Under the pieces are notes generated by a model. That model was given only the letters and a program-made list of their open reading frames with translations, was not told the origin of the DNA and did no database searches. This document shows, piece by piece, positions 38,392-46,735 of a stretch of 64,000 nucleotides of DNA (the stretch's first letter is position 1; each line of letters opens with the position of its first letter). The stretch spans positions 78,717-142,716 of the forward strand of contig CAMVMM010000001.1 of assembly GCA_947168565.1 (NCBI GenBank), read 5' to 3'. The position numbers and the translations under genes were made by a program. Source of the DNA: an uncultured Clostridia bacterium. Its GTDB lineage: Bacteria; Bacillota; Clostridia; Christensenellales; CAG-138.

Positions 38392-38603
38392 CAGTAAAGC
38401 TCAAAAACGCTTCGTATGCTGCTGAAAAGCGTTGACACTATGCCTATCACCATGGAAATAACTATCACAAGCCCCGCAAGCGCAGTCAGAAGCGCTATAT
38501 CCTCCCTGCCCGCCTGCTTTAAAAGCTGGCACACGACCGCCACAAGCATCCCTATGCCGGCGATTTTGAAAACTATCTCTACCCCATGCTTCTTCCTCCG
38601 CAA
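38391..38603 (-). CDS. spoIIIAC: Stage III sporulation protein AC (start codon problematic)
   Basis: GVEIVFKIAGIGMLVAVVCQLLKQAGREDIALLTALAGLVIV matches SpoIIIAC. The only in-frame start is the TTG at 38603. A strong GGAGG plus ATG (38587..38585) is out of frame. Confidence 0.8.
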   Translation of the reverse strand: MRRKKHGVEIVFKIAGIGMLVAVVCQLLKQAGREDIALLTALAGLVIVISMVIGIVSTLFSSIRSVFELY

Positions 38604-38630
38604 TACAGCATTTTTTCACAAACCGTTTTT

Positions 38631-39122
38631 TCAAAGCACCGTCAGCGCCGCAGCCGCCCCGCCGAGCACGCAGAGCGCCAGCTCGACCTTCGATTTTTGC
38701 TCCGCGTGTTCCTTCAAGCCCTTTACGGACGAGTCGAGTGTGCGAATCAGTTCATCAAGCCTTGCCGCTTCCTCAGCCGCGCCGCGAGTGCCGAATGCCG
38801 CAAAGCAGCGCGCCGCCTTCTCTTTTTCAGCTTCCGCAATACTGAGCCGCGAGAGCGCTTCCACCAATGCCGCTCCGCCCGACGCGCCCGCCATCAAGCC
38901 TTCCCCGGCAGCCTCCCAGAAGCGATCCGCCGCTCCGAGCGTCCTCATTTTTTCTATGATCCCCGCAATATCGAGCCTTTCAAAAAGCAGGGGCCTGAAC
39001 GCCCGCAAATCGTTCAGAAGGTTGACCGCATCCCTGTACTGCGCCAGCACGCCGAGCTTCAGAGCATACCCAAGTGCGGTGAACGCAAGAAAAATCAAGG
39101 CGGCGCAAACCGGCTTCAGCAT
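38631..39122 (-). CDS. spoIIIAB: Stage III sporulation protein AB
   Basis: 163 aa with an N-terminal TM segment and a helical body. Overlaps the spoIIIAA stop by 7 nt. Confidence 0.8.
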   Translation of the reverse strand: MLKPVCAALIFLAFTALGYALKLGVLAQYRDAVNLLNDLRAFRPLLFERLDIAGIIEKMRTLGAADRFWEAAGEGLMAGASGGAALVEALSRLSIAEAEKEKAARCFAAFGTRGAAEEAARLDELIRTLDSSVKGLKEHAEQKSKVELALCVLGGAAAALTVL

Positions 39123-40249
39123 GACCTGCTCTCCAATACGGCAGCCGGCTCAAGCGCGTCCACAAGCCGGAATTCGTTTCGCTCCCGTTTCAGAAAAAGC
39201 GGCTTCACCGTTTCCGAATCAAAAAGCGTGCGCAGACCGGGGCGATGCTTAAGCTCGCGCAGGCTGCCCGCGTGAATGCTTGATACCACGGCCACGCCGC
39301 AGCGTGCGGCATCTTCGACCGCTTCAAGCTCCTGTTTTCCGTTCAGCTCCTCCGTTATCACCACCTGCGGGGACATATTTCGGATAAGAAACGGCAGCGC
39401 CTCGCATTTGGAAATTCCGCTCATCACGTCCGTGCGCTTTCCCACGTTCAGCCCTCCCTCCGGGCCGCCCGCAAGCTCGTATCTTTCATCGATCACAGCG
39501 GTTTTAAAGGCTTTTTCCAAGCCGATCCCGTTTGAAAAGCAGCGCGCGCAATCCCGAAGAAAGGTTGTTTTGCCCACGCCCGGAGGCGCGGCGATAACGA
39601 ATGATTTTGGCAATCCGCCCCGCGTAAGCCGGCACATCAGCTTTTCGGCGCAGCCGAGCCTTTCCCTCGGCACTCTGAAATTGAACGCGCACACCTTTAG
39701 AAAGCGAACTATCCTGCCGTTTTGAACCTCAGGTGTGCCGCAGAGCCCGACGCGCACCCCGCCCTGCATCGACACGCAGCCCTTTTCAAGCTCGGTTTCC
39801 TTTGCGTACATCGAATTTTCGCAAACGGCGGCAAGCATTCTTTCAGCTTCAAGGGCGGTAAAAAACGGAAGCTGCGGGAGTATCGCTTCGCCATGTGCAA
39901 AGAGAAGCTGAACGGGGCTGCCGACCCGAAAGCGCACCTCCTCAACCCCGCCCATGGATGCGGGCGGCGAAAGAAACAGCCCTTCAAGCTCGCTTCTCAG
40001 CCAATGCGGCACCGCCTTGAGTATCGCGCTCTCCGCCGCCGTAAGTGCGGTTTTTTCCAATGGCAGGGGCTCCGCAGCCGCCTCCAAGCTCCGCCTTTCC
40101 ATCGGCATAATTCCAAGCGCGTGAAGCGTCCCTTTATCATTCCGTGTGAAAAAGCCGAGCTCAAATGGTCTTGCACCCGAACCTGCACTTGCACCTGCGC
40201 TTGTGCTTGTGCCTGTGCCTGCTTTTTCGTTTGTGCTTTCGTTTCTCAT
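39116..40249 (-). CDS. spoIIIAA: Stage III sporulation protein AA (AAA+ ATPase) with a low-complexity N-terminal extension
   Basis: 377 aa with Walker A APPGVGKTTFLRD. The N-terminus is MRNESTNEKAGTGTSTSAGASAGSGA. Confidence 0.88.
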   Translation of the reverse strand: MRNESTNEKAGTGTSTSAGASAGSGARPFELGFFTRNDKGTLHALGIMPMERRSLEAAAEPLPLEKTALTAAESAILKAVPHWLRSELEGLFLSPPASMGGVEEVRFRVGSPVQLLFAHGEAILPQLPFFTALEAERMLAAVCENSMYAKETELEKGCVSMQGGVRVGLCGTPEVQNGRIVRFLKVCAFNFRVPRERLGCAEKLMCRLTRGGLPKSFVIAAPPGVGKTTFLRDCARCFSNGIGLEKAFKTAVIDERYELAGGPEGGLNVGKRTDVMSGISKCEALPFLIRNMSPQVVITEELNGKQELEAVEDAARCGVAVVSSIHAGSLRELKHRPGLRTLFDSETVKPLFLKRERNEFRLVDALEPAAVLESRSC

Positions 40250-40410
40250 CCCGATCCCACTCCTTTTGTTTGCTGAAAAAGCTTATGGGATTTGGGAAGC
40301 ATATATTCATAAAAAGCATTGTGAACAAAGTAAAAAATATGCGATAATCAGTCGAATTTAAAGTGAACGAAGAAGTGAAGCGGATATGTGTTTCGGATCG
40401 CGCCCATCGG

Positions 40411-40998
40411 CTATACGCTGCCTTTGGTTTGAGAAAAGGGCTTTTCGTTCAGGTCACGAACATAGCAAAGCAGCGCGAAGGCAAGAATGCCCATAAGCTG
40501 CGCATCGAGCGCCGCTCCGGCAAGCTCAAAATAACCGTATTTCAAAACGGCAGCTCTTGCAGCAAAGCGAACGCACTCAGCAAGCACGGGCGCGGCGGCG
40601 CAGGCAAGAATGGCTTCAGGCGCGGACTTGAGCCTTGAGGATAGAAGCGCGGCAAAAAAAGCATATACGAGCATTGCCGCGTCCGGCTCCAAAGCGCTTG
40701 AAGCTGCGGCCTCGCAAAGCGAAAGAAGCAGGGTATGGATTGCGAGCTTTATCATATCAGCCGTGCTGTTTTCCCCGATCAAGCGGAGCAGCAGCGCCGC
40801 AATCAAAACGACTATCACCGCTGGCGCTATCATCAGCTCCGGATTCAGCATAAAAACTGCGCTGCGCAAGAATAATACGAGCGCAAGAAACAGCATCGGC
40901 AACACCTTGCCCGCGCCCAATTCGCTCAAAAGCGAATCGAGGGTTCCGAAAAGGGTGCAGCAAAGCAGCATCAGCACCGCCATTGTTGAAAACGACAT
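40411..40998 (-). CDS. Hypothetical polytopic membrane protein
   Basis: 195 aa with about 5-6 hydrophobic helices. No family recognised. Confidence 0.45.
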   Translation of the reverse strand: MSFSTMAVLMLLCCTLFGTLDSLLSELGAGKVLPMLFLALVLFLRSAVFMLNPELMIAPAVIVVLIAALLLRLIGENSTADMIKLAIHTLLLSLCEAAASSALEPDAAMLVYAFFAALLSSRLKSAPEAILACAAAPVLAECVRFAARAAVLKYGYFELAGAALDAQLMGILAFALLCYVRDLNEKPFSQTKGSV

Positions 40999-41097
40999 AA
41001 AAAACCCCGCTTCCGTAAAACTATGCGTTTAGTTTTATCGGAGCGGGTTTGTAATAAACATATATTTCGGCGGTTTCGGCAACAGCGGCATAAAGCG

Positions 41098-41940
41098 CTA
41101 CGGCGTGAGAAGCAGATAGCCTATCATAGCGCCCGTCATGCCCTTATCGCGCCTGTATGAATAGAGCAAATCGCTTCTTTCATAGGTGCAAAGCCCCATG
41201 GAGGATATATTTTCCGGCGGGATGCCGGCGGAGCAGAGCTGAAGGATGAGCGCACTTTCAAGATTGACATAGGCTTTGCCGGGTTTTCCCGGCTTTTTTA
41301 AGCTTTCATACTGAAATTCTGAAACGAAATCATCCGCAATGCCTTCATCCACCTCAAAGCATTCCTTGCAGATGCAGGGGCCGAGCGCGGCAAGCATTTT
41401 ATCGGGGCGGCTGCTGAATTCGCGCGCCATGCTTTTAGCCAGGCTTTCGGCAACGCGCCTGTAAGTTCCCTTCCAGCCCGCATGGGCAAGCCCGATTGCG
41501 CGGTTCACGGGATCGAAAAGATAGCAGCAGCCGCAGTCCGCGTGAAGGGTAACGAGAATCGCGGCGGGATCGTTTGTGATAAGCCCATCGCAAAACGGAA
41601 GCGGCTCTTTAAAAAGCCCCTGCCCCGCGTTTGAGGAATCCACCCGAACTATATTTGAGCCGTGCTCATGATTCACAAGCACCGCCCTGCCTATATCAAG
41701 CCCGGCAGCATCAAAGAAAATGCGGTAGTTCCGAAGCACGTTCTCCCTGCTGTCGTCCCTGGTAAGGCTCAGGTTCATGGAGGCATAGGGCTGCGGACTG
41801 ATTCCGCCGAGGCGCGTTGAAAACCCATGCTCAATGCCATGGGTGCGCGCAAACACGTCGGAGCGAAGGATGCCGACTCCGCGTGTTTGCGAAAGCGTGT
41901 GGCCGCGCTGCACTTTTTCAAATAAAGAGGCGTAGTTCAT
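41098..41940 (-). CDS. pgeF: YfiH/PgeF-family (DUF152) protein, laccase-domain/peptidoglycan editing factor family
   Basis: 280 aa with GFSTRLGGIS...ASMNLS, HADCGCCY, and HAGWKGT. Confidence 0.85.
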   Translation of the reverse strand: MNYASLFEKVQRGHTLSQTRGVGILRSDVFARTHGIEHGFSTRLGGISPQPYASMNLSLTRDDSRENVLRNYRIFFDAAGLDIGRAVLVNHEHGSNIVRVDSSNAGQGLFKEPLPFCDGLITNDPAAILVTLHADCGCCYLFDPVNRAIGLAHAGWKGTYRRVAESLAKSMAREFSSRPDKMLAALGPCICKECFEVDEGIADDFVSEFQYESLKKPGKPGKAYVNLESALILQLCSAGIPPENISSMGLCTYERSDLLYSYRRDKGMTGAMIGYLLLTP

Positions 41941-41945
41941 TCTTG

Positions 41946-41978
41946 ATTCGTTATTCGTTATTCGTTATTCGTTATTCA
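41946..41978. repeat. Heptanucleotide tandem repeat (ATTCGTT x4 plus a partial copy)
   Basis: Read directly: attcgtt attcgtt attcgtt attcgtt attca. It spans the nrdR stop codon (41965-41967) and nearly all of the 21-nt nrdR-pgeF spacer (41941-41961). Confidence 0.95.
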
Positions 41979-42471
41979 TATCGGAGGCGGGCGCCTTTCC
42001 CGGCTTTTTGCCGGAGCTTTCCTCCTCAAGCAGCATTTGAAGCTCCTGCATGAAGGTGTTTATATCCTTAAACGAGCGGTAGACCGAGGCGAAGCGCACA
42101 TACGCCACCTCGTCCAACTCGCGCAGGCGCTGCATCACAAGCTCGCCTATGCGGATGGTGGTGACCTCCTGATCCAGCGTGTTGTAAACCTCCTTTGACA
42201 CCTCGTCCACAAGCTTATTCATATCCGCCATTGAAACGGGGCGCTTTTCGCACGCCTTGCGCACGCCGGAGAGGATCTTCGCGCTGTCGAACTCCTCCCT
42301 CGTGCCGTCCCGCTTCACCACCATTATAGGAAGCTCCTCTATTTTTTCATAGGTTGTGAACCGCTTGCCGCAGCTTGTGCATTCGCGGCGCCTTCTGATG
42401 CTGGTGCCGTCCTCGGTGGGGCGAGAATCCACCACCCTGCTTTCAAGGCACGAACAATATCTGCACTTCAT
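41965..42471 (-). CDS. nrdR: Transcriptional repressor NrdR
   Basis: MKCRYCSCLESRVVDSRPTEDGTSIRRRRECTSCGKRFTTYE (zinc ribbon) followed by an ATP-cone. Confidence 0.95.
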   Translation of the reverse strand: MKCRYCSCLESRVVDSRPTEDGTSIRRRRECTSCGKRFTTYEKIEELPIMVVKRDGTREEFDSAKILSGVRKACEKRPVSMADMNKLVDEVSKEVYNTLDQEVTTIRIGELVMQRLRELDEVAYVRFASVYRSFKDINTFMQELQMLLEEESSGKKPGKAPASDMNNE

Positions 42472-42612
42472 AAAAAACCTCCCAAATGCGGCGGACCAAG
42501 CAGCCCCCGCCGCCCTAATTTCCGGTCGTTTCGATATTATGGATTATATCATAGAATAAATCAGCTTTTCAATCCCGAATCACGGGCGATTTTCGGCATC
42601 ATTCAGCGTTAT

Positions 42613-42638
42613 GGAAAAGGATCGGTGGCCCGATCCTT
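42613..42638 (-). terminator. Rho-independent terminator of asnS
   Basis: AAGGATCGG (42617-42625) pairs with CCGATCCTT (42630-42638), a 9-bp stem with a 4-nt loop. On the minus strand it is followed by TTTTCC. Confidence 0.7.
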
Positions 42639-42660
42639 GAAAAAACGATATTGAAGGGGA

Positions 42661-44043
42661 TCAATACTCCATGCTGCCCGTGGTGCGCGGGAAGGGAACG
42701 ACGTCGCGTATATTCGGCACGGCGGTAAGATACATCAGAATGCGCTCGAAGCCGAGGCCGTAGCCCGCATGCTTCACGCCGCCGTACTTGCGCAGGTCGA
42801 GATACCATTCGTAATAGCGCATATCCATGCCAAGATCCTCTATCTTCTTTTTGAGCACGTCGTAGCGCTCCTCCCTCTGGCTGCCGCCGATGATCTCGCC
42901 CACGCCGGGCACGAGCAGATCGGCCGCCGCAACGGTTTTGCCGTCGTCATTCAGGCGCATATAGAAGGATTTGATCTCCGCAGGGTAATCGGTAAGAAAA
43001 ACGGGGGAATTGTATATCTGCTCGCAGATATAGCGCTCATGCTCGGTTTGCAGATCGCAGCCCCAGAACACAGGATACTGGAATTCCTGCTTGGATTCAA
43101 GCAGAAGCTCCACCGCCTTGGTGTAGCTCAAACGGATGAAATCGGAATTGAGCACGTGGTTGAGCCTGTCAAGCAGGGTGTTGTCATAATGCTTGTTGAA
43201 AAACTCCATCTCGTCCGGGCAGCGCTCGAGCACGGTTTTAATGATGTATTTGATCATCGCCTCGGCTGTGTCCATATATCCGTCCAAATCGCAGAACGCC
43301 ATCTCGGGCTCTATCTGCCAAAACTCCGCCGCATGGCGCGCGGTGTTGCTGTTTTCGGCGCGGAAGGTGGGACCGAAGGTGTAGATATCGCGGAACGCAA
43401 GCGCGAACGCCTCGCCGTGAAGCTGACCGCTGACGGTGAGGTTGCAGGATTTACCGAAGAAATCCTTGGAGAAATCGACCTTGCCATCCTCCGTTTTGGG
43501 CGGATTATCCATATCCAGCGTGGTAACGCGGAACATTTCGCCCGCGCCCTCGCAATCGCTGCCGGTGAAGATGGGCGTGTGAACGTAGAGGAAGCCGCGC
43601 TCATCAAAGAAGCGATGGATCGCCTGCGCCACAACGCCGCGAACGCGGAAAACGGCCTGGAAGGTGTTTGTGCGCGGACGCAGATGCTGAATGGTGCGCA
43701 GATATTCAAGCGTGTGGCGCTTTTTCTGAAGGGGATAGTCGTTCGGACATGCGCCGTCGATAATGATCTGCTCCGCCTTTATCTCGAAGCTCTGCTGCGC
43801 GTCGGGAGTGAGCTCCAGCACGCCGCGAACGGTGATGGCCGCGCCGGTGTCCAGCAGGCGAACGGTTTCATCCGGAATATCGGCCGTGGCGTACACGACC
43901 TGCACCGTTCTGAAGCATGAGCCGTCGGACAGGGCGATGAACCCAAAGTTTTTGGACTGCCTTGCAGTTTTTATCCAACCGGAAACCTCGATCTTGCCTT
44001 CGTAGGCCTTCGGATCGTTATTAAGCTGAAATAATTTGACCAT
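42661..44043 (-). CDS. asnS: Asparagine--tRNA ligase
   Basis: 460-aa class II aaRS. N-terminal OB domain ([25 protein letters not shown]), [21 protein letters not shown] and GYGLGFERI. Confidence 0.92.
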   Translation of the reverse strand: MVKLFQLNNDPKAYEGKIEVSGWIKTARQSKNFGFIALSDGSCFRTVQVVYATADIPDETVRLLDTGAAITVRGVLELTPDAQQSFEIKAEQIIIDGACPNDYPLQKKRHTLEYLRTIQHLRPRTNTFQAVFRVRGVVAQAIHRFFDERGFLYVHTPIFTGSDCEGAGEMFRVTTLDMDNPPKTEDGKVDFSKDFFGKSCNLTVSGQLHGEAFALAFRDIYTFGPTFRAENSNTARHAAEFWQIEPEMAFCDLDGYMDTAEAMIKYIIKTVLERCPDEMEFFNKHYDNTLLDRLNHVLNSDFIRLSYTKAVELLLESKQEFQYPVFWGCDLQTEHERYICEQIYNSPVFLTDYPAEIKSFYMRLNDDGKTVAAADLLVPGVGEIIGGSQREERYDVLKKKIEDLGMDMRYYEWYLDLRKYGGVKHAGYGLGFERILMYLTAVPNIRDVVPFPRTTGSMEY

Positions 44044-44074
44044 TTTGCACCTCGCTAACGGTAATTATCTGCTA

Positions 44075-44103
44075 ATTTTAGCACAGATATCCCCAATATG
44101 CAA
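44075..44103 (-). promoter_or_regulatory. Sigma-A type promoter for asnS (short leader, no T-box)
   Basis: Minus strand has TTGCAT (44103..44098), a 17-nt spacer, then TAAAAT (44080..44075). Confidence 0.55.
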
Positions 44104-44149
44104 TAGAATTATCTTATATATATTTCAAAATTCATTAGGCTTGATCAAG

Positions 44150-44276
44150 CCGGAGTTTTGCGCGGTTTTATGCGCGGAAAGGACACCCCCGGCCATTCGA
44201 AAATGACCGGGGGATGCCATAGGAGGTATGGACCGAAGCCGCGCATTATGCGGGCCACGGAAAAGATGGAGGCAAA
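44150..44276 (+). promoter_or_regulatory. Candidate structured cis-regulatory leader RNA (possibly glycine-riboswitch-like) upstream of the AGCS symporter
   Basis: A G+C-rich island in an A+T-rich intergenic region carries several hairpins: CCCCCGG..CCGGGGG at 44187-44212, CCAT..ATGG, and CCGCGCATTATGCGGG. Two tandem units have the layout CCG(G/A)AG - hairpin - CGG-AAA(A)G(G)A (ACCGAAGCCGC..., CGGAAAGGACA). This resembles the remembered glycine-aptamer elements ACCGAAGG and CAGGCAAAAGGAC. Confidence 0.3.
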
Positions 44277-44450
44277 ACACTGTTTACAAGTCTTGCATAA
44301 TCCTTCGATGACTTAATTCTATCAGCTTATTTCGGTTTTGTAAACAGGTTTTTGCCCAAAATCCAAAATTTAATAAATTGTTTACAATTTTATTATGTAA
44401 TAACTGCTGTATCGGTAATCATCAGCGGAGCGGTGGAATACCCTTTTTGC

Positions 44451-45854
44451 ATGGAAATGATATCGGGCTTTTTTTCAATAATAATGCTTTTCGGAGGGAT
44501 GGGCTGCTCGTTTGCGCTGCGCTTTTTTCCGCTAAAAAACACGCTCCGCGCGCTGAAGGTCGTGCTGCTGCCGAACGCGCGGCAAAGGGCGGCTCGCACG
44601 GGGAAGCAGGCTGAAGCCACGGGAACGACGCCGTTTCAGGCTATGGCGTCCGCTCTGGGCGGCTCGGTGGGGACGGCAAATATAGCGGGCACGGCAAGCG
44701 CGATTGCGATCGGCGGCGCGGGAGCGGTTTTTTATATGTGGCTTGCGGCGCTTTTCGGCATGGCGCTTAAATTTTCGGAGATAGTTTTAGCGGTAAAATA
44801 CAGAAAGAAAACGGAGAGCGGCTATATCGGCGGCCCGATGCTCTATATTGAAGGCGGCCTCGGAAGGGGGCGCTGCGGGGAAAGAAAATCGGGCGGATCG
44901 GCTATGCTTGGCCGCATCTCAAGGCCGCTTGCGGTTTTATACGCCGTGTTTGCCCTGCTTTCTTCGCTTATCGGCACAACGCTCGTGCAGTCAAACACGG
45001 TGGCAAGGAGCGCTTTTGAGATGGTGCGCGGCTTCAGCCCCAATGCAGCGGAAGCGCCTATCTTAGCAGCGGCGGGCCTTCTCTGCGCCCTTCTGACCGG
45101 AGCCGTGGTGCTTGGCGGCGCGAAGCGTATCGGAAAAATCAGCGCGCTGCTGGTGCCGTTTATGGCGGTCATCTATATTTTCATCTCCGCTGCGGTGCTG
45201 ATTGCACACAGTAAAAGCATTCTTCCGAGCATAGCGCGCATTTTCAAGGAGGCATTCGGGCTTCGTCAGCTCGGCGGCGGTATCTGCGGGGTATGCGCCG
45301 CAAAAGGGATGCGGATAGGCATTTCAAGAGGCGTTTATTCAAACGAAGCGGGCGTGGGCTCCTCCGCGATGGCGCACGCGGGCGCTGAAACGGATTCGCC
45401 CGCAAAGCAGGGGCTCTACGGCATATTCGAGGTGTTTGCCGATACGCTCGTAATGTGTACGCTCACGGCGCTCGTGGTGCTTGCAAGCGGCGCTCCCCTG
45501 CCCCCTGACCCATCGGTTTCCGGAGTGAGCATCGCGCTTTCGGCGTTTTCCACCGTGCTTGGAGTGAAGAGCGCAGGTATCTTCCTTTCGGTTTCGCTGC
45601 TGCTTTTCGCCTACACCTCGCTCATCGGCTGGTCGGTTTACGGGCTCGCCGCCGCAAGGTATCTTTTCGGCAAGCGCTCAAGGCTGGCGTTCTGCATTGC
45701 CTTTACAGTGCTCACGGCGCTTGGAGCGTTTGTGAGGGTGGACGCCGCCTGGAAATGCGGGGAAATGCTGAATCTGCTGATGGCCGCGCCGAACATCGCC
45801 GCGCTGCTGCTGCTTGCGAAGGACGTTAAAAGGGAGATAGCGTATTATGAGTGA
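44451..45854 (+). CDS. Alanine/glycine:cation symporter (AGCS family)
   Basis: TPFQAMASALGGSVGTANIAGTASAIAIGGAGAVFYMWLAALFGMALKFSE is typical of AGCS. Start set at the first ATG (44451). The TTG start at 44352 in the track lies in A+T-rich sequence that looks non-coding. Confidence 0.85.
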   Translation: MEMISGFFSIIMLFGGMGCSFALRFFPLKNTLRALKVVLLPNARQRAARTGKQAEATGTTPFQAMASALGGSVGTANIAGTASAIAIGGAGAVFYMWLAALFGMALKFSEIVLAVKYRKKTESGYIGGPMLYIEGGLGRGRCGERKSGGSAMLGRISRPLAVLYAVFALLSSLIGTTLVQSNTVARSAFEMVRGFSPNAAEAPILAAAGLLCALLTGAVVLGGAKRIGKISALLVPFMAVIYIFISAAVLIAHSKSILPSIARIFKEAFGLRQLGGGICGVCAAKGMRIGISRGVYSNEAGVGSSAMAHAGAETDSPAKQGLYGIFEVFADTLVMCTLTALVVLASGAPLPPDPSVSGVSIALSAFSTVLGVKSAGIFLSVSLLLFAYTSLIGWSVYGLAAARYLFGKRSRLAFCIAFTVLTALGAFVRVDAAWKCGEMLNLLMAAPNIAALLLLAKDVKREIAYYE

Positions 45855-46735
45855 GAGGAAGCTGCTTCCGCATACCCCTCCAGCCACGCTCGCGCGTATC
45901 GGCAGTATTCCTCATCGCTTCCGCTGAATTCAAGGAAGTAAACGAAGCACTGCGCCATACAGCGCTTTACCGCGCAAAAATCGTATTCCCCCAATTCGGA
46001 ATAGCCGCGAAGAAACTCGCTTCGCTCCTCATCGGTCTTTAAAAAAGTCTGCCCCGGGCGAAGCAGCAGCGCCCACGCTATGTCAAAATCCCTATTGCCG
46101 ATGCCCGCAAGCTCAAAATCCAGAATTCCTGCGATATGCCCGCTTTTCCAAAGGATATTCGCATAGTGAAAATCCCCGTGGCAGAAGCAAGGCGCGGGCT
46201 TTGGCGGCTTTTGATCGAAAACAGGCTCCAGAAAGCCAAGATCGAGCTTTGAAAGCAATTCGCTTGAGGGCGGGTGGAAAAACCTTCTGTCCAAAACGGG
46301 CAGGGCGGCGGGAAGCTTCAAATTATGAATCCGCGCAAGGGTTTTTCCGTATTCGCGCATATAGGAAAGCGAGCTGAGCGCCTCGTTTTTTCCGAGCAAA
46401 ACGGAAAGCCGCTCTCCCTCAAGCTCAAGCGTGACGGAAAACGGCGTACCATCAAAGCCGCAGTCTATTACCTTTGGAAAGAGCGGCTCGTTCAGCGAGT
46501 TCAGTATATTTACTTCATTTTGAATATTTGCGCCGCTCTGCCGCGCCGCCTTGATGTATACCCGCACGTTTTCGCCGTGAAAAACACCTTCCGCGTGGAA
46601 CACATCGTTGCCCGCGTGCGGATAGCCAAGCACCTTTACAAGCTTGAATTCCTTATACGGCAAGGAAAACGGGTCGACCGTTTCCCGCCATTTTTCAGGG
46701 TGCGGCGAGCCGCCGGTTTTGCCCATGTGCGTCAT
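45845..46735 (-). CDS. Aminoglycoside-phosphotransferase-like (APH/ePK fold) kinase of unknown substrate
   Basis: 296 aa with the catalytic loop CHGDFHYANILW followed by LDFE. The start overlaps the malQ stop (ATGA at 46732-46735). Confidence 0.75.
   Translation of the reverse strand: MTHMGKTGGSPHPEKWRETVDPFSLPYKEFKLVKVLGYPHAGNDVFHAEGVFHGENVRVYIKAARQSGANIQNEVNILNSLNEPLFPKVIDCGFDGTPFSVTLELEGERLSVLLGKNEALSSLSYMREYGKTLARIHNLKLPAALPVLDRRFFHPPSSELLSKLDLGFLEPVFDQKPPKPAPCFCHGDFHYANILWKSGHIAGILDFELAGIGNRDFDIAWALLLRPGQTFLKTDEERSEFLRGYSELGEYDFCAVKRCMAQCFVYFLEFSGSDEEYCRYARAWLEGYAEAASSHS

Noticed and set aside
42769-43920. 383-aa plus-strand ORF. Similar long ORFs occur at 59861..60829, 4985..5914, 28862..29719, 38416..39252, 55471..56196, 56425..57126, 48787..49503, 50311..51060, 15141..15743 and 48..716.
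   Set aside because: All lie antisense to genes with unmistakable conserved motifs (asnS, epimerase, era, ispA, spoIIIAB, yicC, gmk, gyrB/parE, radA, leuS). Their products are Arg/Ala/Gly/His-rich low-complexity sequences typical of stop-codon-poor antisense frames in G+C-rich DNA.
44044-44130. Expected a T-box leader upstream of asnS, as found for leuS.
   Set aside because: No GGUGGUACCGCG-like core on the minus strand. A good promoter sits only ~30-35 nt from the ATG, leaving no room for a T-box.
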